Position numbers and translations under genes: made by a program. From the NCBI GenBank assembly GCA_002307295.1, contig DBTY01000052.1:24714-88713 (forward strand): a stretch of DNA of 64,000 bases, given 5' to 3'. Within the stretch, counting starts at the first letter, position 1, and each line of letters starts with the position of its first letter. This document shows, one piece after another, positions 16,401 through 23,350 of the stretch. The notes beneath the pieces are model-generated. The model worked only from the letters and a program-made list of their open reading frames with translations, did no database searches and was not told the origin of the DNA. Source of the stretch: Ignavibacteriales bacterium UBA1304 (GTDB lineage: Bacteria > Bacteroidota > Ignavibacteria > Ignavibacteriales > Ignavibacteriaceae).

Positions 16401-18243
16401 GCGGAGCCTGCTGCGGCGCCAATGGCGGCGCCTGGTTAGACACAGTTTGTAAAATATCGTCGCCGTAAATATGCACAAGGCTAAATGTGGGATGCAGCCA
16501 TGATATTTGACTGAGCAATTCTGCATTAATAAATGCAGAAGGCGGATGCTTAATTACATAACGTTCCTGTTCGCTTAAACTGAAAAAAGAATCAATGCAG
16601 AGCTTTAATTCATTCTTGCCGAATTTATCATTTATAACAATAATAAAATCCATATCTGAAAGTCCGGGAACGGAAACCGTGCCCATCTGATAAATACTCT
16701 GTATGCCGCCGCATTGAACAATAGTATCCACATATTTCTTTTTTACTGAATCGTAAAAATCCATTTCAAATTTTTGCGGAAAATCAGTTAGGAGGTACGA
16801 CGCGCCGTTTATCTCAGCAAAGCAATTAGACTCGTTTTGGTTCTCTTTGGAAATGGAACCTGATTCATCTGAAATAAAATTAGCCCAAAGGTCGCCTTCG
16901 CCTCCGGCGCATTGAGGCAGATGTAATAACTCGTCTTCCCATATATCATTAGTAGAAAGGAATTTTTGTTTTTCATTTTCAAACAGAGTCTCAATTAGTT
17001 CGGCCGAACGCCCAAGCATATCCGGATAGAGCTCTCTCTTTAACCATTCAGGAATATCAACCTGCATGTCATGCCCGGCGATATCTTCGTCGGCTTCTTT
17101 AAGCGCTTTAATATATAAATTACTATTTCTAAGTTTAGTCGCCTGTTCTATCAGGCTGTATAAATTATCAGGAATTTCTTTTCGTAATAAAGTATACAGA
17201 TGCTTTTTATAAATAAAAGCGCCGTGCAGTTCATAATAAAATATGGGCATTAGCAGCGCAACCTGAACGTATTGTTTTAGCGCGAATAAATCAGAAGGGA
17301 AATTTCCACATATCCAATCGTGACGCATTCCATACGTAATATTCCAAAAATCTGTTCGTCTTTCTATTAATGAAGGACGGATTGAATAATTAAGGTAATT
17401 ATCCGCAGCATATAAAACTTTTGAATAATCCATCAGCACAAGCGGAAGCCAGGTCTGCGGAAAATATTTCATGTCCTGCTCTGTGTAAACGTATATGCCG
17501 TGGTGCTGAAACGGATCAATCTCTTTGAATAAATTACTGATGACTTTGTTTTTTGCTCTCAGCTCTAAAAGCGCTGAAGGAGAAACGGCAGTTTGCCGAT
17601 TTAAAATAGCAAGCGAATCGCAATCGCTTGAACCATAAACATAATCTAAAGTGGCAAGACTGCCATGCAGCAGAAAGCAGGAGAGATACTGTTGTAAGTC
17701 AATTACTAAATCGTTTAATTCAGTAAGAGAGCCAAGTAAAACAGGTTCGTCTAAATATTCTTTAGCGTCAAATTCAGGTATTTCGTCAATATCAATTGTG
17801 ACTGCTCTTGTTCCTGCTGGAAGAATAATATTTTCAAATTCTTTATAAAATAGTGAAATATACTCGGCGGCCGAAGTTTCTGATATCCTAAGCTCCGCAG
17901 AATACTTGCCAATCCACGATCTTAATTGTTCAAAAGAGTTTGGAGTATACGCGCAAAGAATATTTATTAGCTTAGCCGCTTTATCTAAATTCAGGCGCTT
18001 TACTTCTATATCGCTGTTGTTATCGGCGTCGTTTAGATAAAACTGTAAAAGCCCATGAAAGAGATTTTGCAGCTGCGATAAAATTATTTCGACAGGGGAG
18101 AGTAATTTGAATACCGGAGCCGTATTAAAGTTTTCTGGATTTGAAATTATAAATTCGCCCGGATCAGAAAATAAATTTAATATCTGCTCGTCATCTTTAA
18201 GGAATTTATCTCCAGTTCTTTTATAGCTGTTTTTATCTGGCAT
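13438..18243 (-). CDS. Giant multidomain protein: 2x Pol-beta-type nucleotidyltransferase-like modules + beta-sandwich + TPR + radical-SAM with SPASM-like C-terminus
   Basis: Uninterrupted 1601-codon ORF. Its ATG lies 6 nt after the upstream stop. Motifs: HGSLATLDYVYGSSDCD (aa 193-209, nt 17617-17667) and GTVSVPGLSDMD (aa 521-532, nt 16648-16683). GFYPEENGIRW...DLRELSV spans aa ~905-1017, and TPR-like repeats span aa ~1055-1130. CNLHCPGC (aa 1234-1241, nt 14521-14544) comes with YGEPF, STN and SVDG. The cysteines C1484, PCC(1502-1503) and CNEC(1560-1563) are SPASM/twitch-like. Confidence 0.7.
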   Translation of the reverse strand: MPDKNSYKRTGDKFLKDDEQILNLFSDPGEFIISNPENFNTAPVFKLLSPVEIILSQLQNLFHGLLQFYLNDADNNSDIEVKRLNLDKAAKLINILCAYTPNSFEQLRSWIGKYSAELRISETSAAEYISLFYKEFENIILPAGTRAVTIDIDEIPEFDAKEYLDEPVLLGSLTELNDLVIDLQQYLSCFLLHGSLATLDYVYGSSDCDSLAILNRQTAVSPSALLELRAKNKVISNLFKEIDPFQHHGIYVYTEQDMKYFPQTWLPLVLMDYSKVLYAADNYLNYSIRPSLIERRTDFWNITYGMRHDWICGNFPSDLFALKQYVQVALLMPIFYYELHGAFIYKKHLYTLLRKEIPDNLYSLIEQATKLRNSNLYIKALKEADEDIAGHDMQVDIPEWLKRELYPDMLGRSAELIETLFENEKQKFLSTNDIWEDELLHLPQCAGGEGDLWANFISDESGSISKENQNESNCFAEINGASYLLTDFPQKFEMDFYDSVKKKYVDTIVQCGGIQSIYQMGTVSVPGLSDMDFIIVINDKFGKNELKLCIDSFFSLSEQERYVIKHPPSAFINAELLSQISWLHPTFSLVHIYGDDILQTVSNQAPPLAPQQAPPENQLINLVELFLMEFPIEFMEEMQKKELSVRNHLMRMKSLSLSVKIMEMNKIVLPDRVGAFINNSVQLFKNWFTYSETENLEQLQPLFAEAETIMYELIFLLKDKLVQLGYTVKSPDRFAGVYAGKVFFISDWSANTAKYLSDALLERHGYACSVLPAEFLSSIISHSNTESELGKRIRTSFMINKDVRSFYSPVLKTRADILERHYTLLKSRDMNGGVFYPYHFSPDYWQSDLITWRWKKEIEKCLADGMDFSENFVLKSIIAWNKYIVKPSEIISDKESGISCAFAEGFYPEENGIRWIAKKGKFFITLNNAAVISFTVTNMAMACYKTSPLVITIKVNDVVTNKIELKNNYQTAPVEIAIDGTEPEYEITIESSGSFIPRDLNINSDLRELSVYVKSLKAEIIPCSKTAAPVIPKNKNDDKDLTKDAFNFQAFRKNDIQKMIVEAEKILVQKNFSGARKILDKLLSIAPDNPDALNDMGIIEILENNPYEALRYFNKALLADPGNIAAKENIEYVFALNGNINAPIDNALYVNNIIHEADIMTYSAGNIFSFIDHIDKLTDNLTQALKGSFSSATDANLFIAKITNLLVLKYQYFRKHNYMLAKPFGLLLDPSNGCNLHCPGCLHDVQDKKDFLWENGLLSLETYKKYLNSFGPYATHILFFNYGEPFINKQTPEFIALAKEYKLFTSLSTNLSLPIDAEAIVNSGLDYLVFSVDGASAKTYEKYRKGGKFELVMENMKKLVEAKKKYGLSKPTLVWQFLIFNHNKHEIDLAVNTAKEIGIDEINLATPFDVSAADPEITIPAEVKSLSKRISFLRNWNNSSDKWEKESHNNVELNYQPEKTWTTLLNSFPQNELSKSEPENKYTCEWLYKNIVMDAHGNIIPCCAPPTKNRNLIFPGLLKHNSSEELFNSSMYFLARQSFSDNKSYKEEIEDLETKDIPYCNECGGNNSSLNVDNSHLQNYLLNENLFRILTKENVLALTNW

Positions 18244-18249
18244 ATTGTC

Positions 18250-18756
18250 TCACTTTATCGCTCTAAGAAAAAATTCTATACTGCCGACTACGTTAAAAAA
18301 ATGTCGTCTGGCATATTCCTTAACAATTGCAGTTTTATTCTCCCATTCCGGGAAGTAGTTATATTTAACATTTTCAGTCCTAAACCTTGCTTTAGTCGTT
18401 TCGTTAGCCGAACCGACTAATTTCCCTTCTTCAAAAAACAGAAAACTGTGTTCGTTGAAATGGACATGGTGATAAGGATTTACAAGATTATATTCCATAC
18501 TTGTAATATAAGGGACTCCAATATGAACAAGCGCGTCAGGCGCGGCAACGCGCCATAGTTCTTCAATTACGTATAGATAATTCTGGCTGTGTTCAATTGA
18601 ATGCCATGCGAGAACTTCATCAAAAAAATTATCGTCAAAAGGCCATTTATCCTTATCCATATCAAAATGGACGTCGGCTTTTAGATTAGAATTAATATCG
18701 GCGTTAATATAGTCGTCAATATATTTTGTTCCGCATCCTAAATGAAGTTTATTCAT
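18250..18756 (-). CDS. Class I SAM-dependent methyltransferase (small, Methyltransf_11-like)
   Basis: ATG at 18756 (MNKLHLGCG) has a GAGGA RBS 7 nt upstream and avoids overlap with the upstream gene, so the track start at 18792 was rejected. Motif I LHLGCG, then INADIN and AWHSIEH. Confidence 0.65.
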   Translation of the reverse strand: MNKLHLGCGTKYIDDYINADINSNLKADVHFDMDKDKWPFDDNFFDEVLAWHSIEHSQNYLYVIEELWRVAAPDALVHIGVPYITSMEYNLVNPYHHVHFNEHSFLFFEEGKLVGSANETTKARFRTENVKYNYFPEWENKTAIVKEYARRHFFNVVGSIEFFLRAIK

Positions 18757-18772
18757 AGCGCAATCCTCATAA

Positions 18773-20689
18773 TTATTTAGTCCGCCCATCAAATAAATTG
18801 CTAAACCCGCGTCTTCCGCTCATATAATCTTTATCGCGCGCAGGCGCTACGGGAGAGGACGCGTCGGCTAAATATTGCAAACTCCAGCCGACATCTAAGG
18901 CTATTTTGCCTAAATGTTTTTTTATACGCCCGGCAAGTATTTTACCCGTTATGCTTGCCGCAATAATAGCTATGTCAAAATCATATTCCTGAACTTCTTC
19001 CCACAGTTTATCTAAACTGCCAAAAGCCTCCGCGCCTGAATGAGGCGTGTAAATGGCTCCTGCTAATTCTGGTTTTGACTGGGGCATGCCTGCTGATTTA
19101 AATGATTCCCTGTAGTCGTCGTTTTGCAAAAGCCGTGCAAATTTTACAGCGGCGTTTCCAATCAACAATATTTTGCCTTTGCTTAAAAGAGGCAATAAAT
19201 AACCCTGGTCTAAAAGCTCCGCGTTAATTACTACGTCAAATTCGTTTTGTAAATAAACATTATGCTGATGGTATGCTGCAAAAGTTTTATCAGTATCGGC
19301 GCTCCATTGTGCGTTAACGGTTTTTCTGTGAGAACCAAGTATATCGGCTTCAAGCAAGATATCAAAATATTCCTTTTGCGCTTCTGTAAAAACGTTTGTC
19401 TGTAGCGCGCATGGATTTAATCCAAGATTTTTCTCTAGAACTGCGGCTTCCGTTTGTAAATCCAGACGTTCAATATCAATTTTGCCGTAAGCCAAAAATC
19501 TTGCTTCAATATCGCCTATGCGAACCATCGAAAAAGGAAGCTTAGCGGCAATAGCCGCATATAGTTTTTCAATAATAATTTTTACGCGTTCATGCGTATA
19601 ATATTCATTAAAGAATCCCGACGTAAATACTTCGGGCGATTTTAAATCATCATTCGTAATAGCAGGCGTTTGTAAATCCGCCGATATATTTTTAGCAATA
19701 AGATTGATTCTCTTGTTTCCTGCTCCGTCTTTTTCGTCTGTAATGTAGAGTCTTTCAATTTCAAATTTACTCCCAAAGTTATTTCTTATTTTATCTTCAT
19801 TATAAAAAGCTACATGGGCCGGATCAGGGAACGATTTTTCAAACGGACAGTGAATAATTAAATATCCCCCCGGCTTTAACGCGTTTGAGATTTTATCTAA
19901 TACCAGAGGAAGGTCCTCTTCATAAATGTGCTCCAATACGTCAAACGCTATAACGCTGTTAAAATACTTTGGCGGAAGCTGCATATCTGCAAAAGTAGAA
20001 TTGCAGTAGCTGATTCTTTGCGCTATTTCTGGGGGCTCGTTTGCTCTTATTTTAATTGCGCCGTTTATGGCGTCAGTCTGAATATCAACCCCATAGACAA
20101 AATGCCCGTTGCGGGCAAGTATGACGCTATTGAGGCCAAGATTACAGCCCAGGTGTAAAACGGTTGCGCCAAGTTTGGCTCTAAACGTTTTAAGCAGTTT
20201 ATAATCGTGATGGTTATACCGAAAAGCAAAATCAAGCGGAATTAAATTCTTTTCTTTCGCTAAGTATTGGGCGTTAAGCGCTGTTGTCTTAAAGCTGTCC
20301 CTGGGTAAGCCATACAGTATATTCTTATAATCTGGTTTCTTTTTTATTTGACGGGAAAAATATTCAATGGCTTTCTTGCAGCCGGATTTATCCTTTTGAA
20401 GGAATGATGTTTTAATAAAATCCCAATAAAAAGAATCTAGCTCGTAATCAGTCCTTTTTTCCGATTCATACAGGTTAATTAATTCAGAAAGGACTTTATG
20501 TTTATTATCTCCATTCCTAAGAGCAAGTCTTAAATGCTCTTCGTAATTATTATAATCCAGTCCATCCGGAATATCATTTAGCGCATAATTTACCGGCGAA
20601 AAAATGCCGTCAGGGTTTGTTTCTAAGCCTGATTTCGAGTTTAGCCCGGCGATATTAGCGTTAGTTCCAAATAAGTCGGAGGAAGACAT
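18773..20689 (-). CDS. Fusion protein: N-terminal unknown region + class I SAM methyltransferase + C-terminal GT-D/DUF1792-like putative glycosyltransferase domain
   Basis: Methyltransferase at aa ~175-285: VLHLGCNLGLNS, VYGVDI, AFDVLEHI, LKPGGYLII. C-terminal aa ~365-610: SMVRIGDIEARFL, KILLIGNAA, DIAIIAASITGKILAGRIKKHLGKIALDVG, resembling my recollection of the DUF1792 (RFGDGE ... Gp.a..la ... aiDiG) pattern. The C-terminal call is tentative. Confidence 0.55.
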   Translation of the reverse strand: MSSSDLFGTNANIAGLNSKSGLETNPDGIFSPVNYALNDIPDGLDYNNYEEHLRLALRNGDNKHKVLSELINLYESEKRTDYELDSFYWDFIKTSFLQKDKSGCKKAIEYFSRQIKKKPDYKNILYGLPRDSFKTTALNAQYLAKEKNLIPLDFAFRYNHHDYKLLKTFRAKLGATVLHLGCNLGLNSVILARNGHFVYGVDIQTDAINGAIKIRANEPPEIAQRISYCNSTFADMQLPPKYFNSVIAFDVLEHIYEEDLPLVLDKISNALKPGGYLIIHCPFEKSFPDPAHVAFYNEDKIRNNFGSKFEIERLYITDEKDGAGNKRINLIAKNISADLQTPAITNDDLKSPEVFTSGFFNEYYTHERVKIIIEKLYAAIAAKLPFSMVRIGDIEARFLAYGKIDIERLDLQTEAAVLEKNLGLNPCALQTNVFTEAQKEYFDILLEADILGSHRKTVNAQWSADTDKTFAAYHQHNVYLQNEFDVVINAELLDQGYLLPLLSKGKILLIGNAAVKFARLLQNDDYRESFKSAGMPQSKPELAGAIYTPHSGAEAFGSLDKLWEEVQEYDFDIAIIAASITGKILAGRIKKHLGKIALDVGWSLQYLADASSPVAPARDKDYMSGRRGFSNLFDGRTK

Positions 20690-20793
20690 TAAATACTGTC
20701 CTTAATTAATTGCCATATTAGCCGTGAATTTTTGCAGAAAACTCTGTTTGTCATAAATAACGGCATTGTTGTACATTAAACATACAGGGGTTC

Positions 20794-20809
20794 TGCAATT
20801 TTTGTACCA
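20794..20809 (-). promoter_or_regulatory. Candidate sigma54 (RpoN) -24/-12 promoter for the 8-gene operon
   Basis: The minus strand reads TGGTACaaaaaTTGCA, against the consensus TGGCAC-N5-TTGCW. GG and GC have the exact canonical spacing. It lies ~105 nt upstream of the ATG at 20689. Confidence 0.5.
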
Positions 20810-20860
20810 GCTGAAAAATGGCGATTTTGGATTAATTTTAAGGTGAAAGGGATAAATTTA

Positions 20861-20888
20861 GCAGTATGGCTTATATTAGCCATACTGC
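20861..20888 (-). terminator. Hairpin downstream of rubrerythrin
   Basis: Perfect 11-bp stem gcagtatggct / agccatactgc with a 6-nt loop, ~28 nt after the rbr stop on the minus strand, followed by AT-rich sequence. Confidence 0.55.
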
Positions 20889-20915
20889 GCTATTAAATAG
20901 AGCGGTTAAATTTAA

Positions 20916-21419
20916 TTAAAATTCAACATATTTATCTTTTGGGGCTCCGCAGACAGGGCATTTATCCGGGGCTGAGCCAATGTGAGTATCGCCGCAAATA
21001 GGGCAGACGTAAACTTTTGCAGAAGGGATGTCTTTTTTCTCTTTTACGCTTTCTTTTGCGTCGTTATACATTTTCTCGTGAGTCTTTTCCGCTTCATATG
21101 CGCCGTGCATTGATCTTACGGCTCCTTTTTCTCCCTGCAATTCAGCTACAGCCATAAAAGCGGGATACATTTCTTCAACTTCGTAGTTTTCTCCGCCGGC
21201 TGCTGCCGCAAGGTTATCTACTGTGTCTTTTATCAGCTCAAGGACTCTAAAGTGGTTTGTTGCGTGAACTTTTTCCGCAAAGGCAATAGCTCTAAAAAGT
21301 TTTGCAACTTCCGGATATCCTTCCCGGTCAGCCTTATCGGCATAGATTGAATATTTCATGTGAGCCTGGCTTTCGCCTGCAAAAGCGGCTTCCAGATTTG
21401 CTTTGGTCATTAATTTCAT
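20916..21419 (-). CDS. rbr: Rubrerythrin
   Basis: Ferritin-like di-iron motifs (EAAFAGESQAHMKY, EKVHATNH, GENYEVEEMYP, EAEKTHEKMY) plus a C-terminal rubredoxin-like CPICG...CPVCG. Confidence 0.9.
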   Translation of the reverse strand: MKLMTKANLEAAFAGESQAHMKYSIYADKADREGYPEVAKLFRAIAFAEKVHATNHFRVLELIKDTVDNLAAAAGGENYEVEEMYPAFMAVAELQGEKGAVRSMHGAYEAEKTHEKMYNDAKESVKEKKDIPSAKVYVCPICGDTHIGSAPDKCPVCGAPKDKYVEF

Positions 21420-21570
21420 TTATAACTCCTTTTGAAAATTTTTAGTTAGATCTTTTCATAACGCACATATAGCCATAAAACTGACATAATTTAACTTATG
21501 AAAATTTTAAATACAACTATATTAAATTATAATTTTTATTGCATTGGGATCATATTTATATAATTATTTC

Positions 21571-23103
21571 TTATTCGAAATTTTTATTCCTTAGTCTTAA
21601 ACTGTCAAAACTTATCTTCATATTATGGCCGATAAATAAGGCTAAATTGTTCTCATATGGAAGCGCATATTTTGAAACTGCCAAACCTGCAGAATCAACT
21701 TGCTCAAATAAGCGTTCATAGGATTTTTTCGTGTTGCCCATTACAATTACCGTAGCGAGCGGTTTCACGTCAGCGCACCATATCCAATAGTTATTATGAA
21801 ACGAAATAGCAGGCGGGAGTTCATATTTCGAGGCAAAATACTCAACGGCTCCTGCTTCGCCATAGTTATTACAAAAAACGACGCATTTCTTTTGTTCATC
21901 GGAGGGAAGGCTTTTGTATACTTTTGATACCTCCGCAGCCAATTCTTCCCATCCGTGCATATCTGCATAAAACTGTGGGAGCTCCGAAACCTTTTTCCCT
22001 TCAACAGACGACGGTTTCTGACCGACAATTTCCTGGTACCTGATAAATGACTCTACAGGGAGTACGGGCAGAGCAAGCGGAATTAAAAAGATTCCGGTAA
22101 TCCAGATAAGAACTATAATAAGATAATTAAAGCTTTTCCATGTAATATTCTTAGCCTGGCTTTCAAGAAATACGCCTCCTCCGGCAAACAGGGCTGAATA
22201 TGCAACTGCCAGATACTCCGACTTACTTTTCCCATTAAGGAGAAGTATAAGGAAAGTAACAGTGAAAATAATTCCAAGGTAGCGGAATTTCTTCCCATAA
22301 GGAGTAAATAGAAAGAAGTAAAGACCCGCAATCCAAACAGGAAGAGCGGCAGGGCCGTTTAATAATATTTGTCCCTTAATAAAATCAATCCGCGTAATTC
22401 CGGAATACTTATGAGCGATGGCATTATGCATAAATTCAAGAATGGCAAAATTGTTGTTCAGATTCCATATTATATATGGAAGGAAAATTAAAAAACTTAT
22501 TCCGGTCATAATAAGGAAATCCCGGGTAAATAGTTTTTCCCGTTTTTCTGAAAGAACCAGAGCCGCTACAAATCCGGCGATAAACCAAAGCATGCTTATT
22601 TTATTTAATGTTCCAAGTCCAAGAATAACTCCCATTATTATCCAATCGCTTTTTTTATCCTCTTCAAATATTTTTATTGCAAAATAATATGCCGCGGACC
22701 AAAAAAGGATATCGATGCTGTTCATTGAATAAATTGTATTCATCCCAAGCAGAATAGGGGCAAATGTTACTGAAGTAAGAGAAATTACAAGAGCCGTTAT
22801 TCCGCCGCCCATCCGTTTAGTAATCAGTCCCGTAATGAATACTGTAAACGCCGAAAAAACGGCGGGGAAAAGGCGTAAAGCAAATACCGAATCGCCAATT
22901 GCTAATCTGCCCAAAGCAAGCAGCCAGATAGAAAATGGAGGCTGATCTACATAACCTGCCGATAAATGTTTACTGCAGGCTATATAATACATTTCATCCC
23001 TGAAAATGCCATAATTGCAGAAAAGATCAGAATAAATATGGATTAAAAACACAAGAGCGGGGAACCCCCAAAGAAGAACTCTCTCTTTTTTGTTAAAATT
23101 CAT
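21571..23103 (-). CDS. Membrane glycosyltransferase, GT39/PMT_2 (ArnT-like) family
   Basis: ATG at 23103 (MNFNKKERVLLWG) preferred to the TTG-type start at 23142. Polytopic membrane protein with the family N-terminal loop motif FRDEMYYIACSKHLSAGYVDQPPFSIWLLAL and a soluble C-terminal domain. Confidence 0.8.
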   Translation of the reverse strand: MNFNKKERVLLWGFPALVFLIHIYSDLFCNYGIFRDEMYYIACSKHLSAGYVDQPPFSIWLLALGRLAIGDSVFALRLFPAVFSAFTVFITGLITKRMGGGITALVISLTSVTFAPILLGMNTIYSMNSIDILFWSAAYYFAIKIFEEDKKSDWIIMGVILGLGTLNKISMLWFIAGFVAALVLSEKREKLFTRDFLIMTGISFLIFLPYIIWNLNNNFAILEFMHNAIAHKYSGITRIDFIKGQILLNGPAALPVWIAGLYFFLFTPYGKKFRYLGIIFTVTFLILLLNGKSKSEYLAVAYSALFAGGGVFLESQAKNITWKSFNYLIIVLIWITGIFLIPLALPVLPVESFIRYQEIVGQKPSSVEGKKVSELPQFYADMHGWEELAAEVSKVYKSLPSDEQKKCVVFCNNYGEAGAVEYFASKYELPPAISFHNNYWIWCADVKPLATVIVMGNTKKSYERLFEQVDSAGLAVSKYALPYENNLALFIGHNMKISFDSLRLRNKNFE

Positions 23104-23235
23104 AATGAAACTTTTTTTATGTGTGATCTGATAATTTAACAAAAATTGGGTAACAATTTGTACTTTTTTACATGAAAGGAGTAAATAGTTTAAAACATAT
23201 TTTGAGAATAATCAAAAATTCCGTAATTTTACGCC

Positions 23236-23308
23236 GCACTCATAGCTCAGTTGGTAGAGCATCTGACTCTTAATCAGCAGGTCGCGGGTTCGAATCCCGC
23301 TGAGTGCA
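23236..23308 (+). tRNA. tRNA-Lys (anticodon CTT)
   Basis: Acceptor stem gcactca/tgagtgc, D-arm tagctcagttggtagagc, anticodon loop ctCTTaa, T-arm gcgggttcgaatcccgc, discriminator A. CCA is not encoded. Confidence 0.9.
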
Positions 23309-23314
23309 CAAGTC

Positions 23315-23350
23315 AAAGCCTTGCAATATTATAAGTTGCAAGGCTTTTTT
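23315..23350 (+). terminator. Rho-independent terminator after tRNA-Lys
   Basis: Perfect 12-bp stem aaagccttgcaa / ttgcaaggcttt with a 9-nt loop, running into a T-tract (tttttt). Confidence 0.75.

Noticed and set aside
13438-18243. Nucleotidyltransferase-like motifs in the 1601-aa protein as a sign of a CBASS/CD-NTase or MNT-HEPN type defence or toxin system.
   Set aside because: No effector, HEPN, nuclease, TIR, patatin or TM-effector gene is nearby. The G[ST]...DxD motif is generic to the Pol-beta superfamily. The gene is embedded in a sugar-biosynthesis and glycosyltransferase operon.
20702-20776. 24-codon ORF (MYNNAVIYDKQSFLQKFTANMAIN) in the leader of the radical-SAM-containing operon, considered as a possible RiPP precursor or leader peptide.
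   Set aside because: It has no RBS, no Cys/Ser/Thr-rich core expected for a SPASM-enzyme substrate, and is too short to distinguish from chance. It lies downstream of the putative sigma54 promoter, so at most it is a speculative leader peptide.
21525-21534. Palindrome AATTATAATT about 110 bp upstream of rubrerythrin, considered as a PerR/Fur box.
   Set aside because: Only a 10-bp AT palindrome in very AT-rich DNA. It does not reproduce the 7-1-7 TTATAATnATTATAA consensus.
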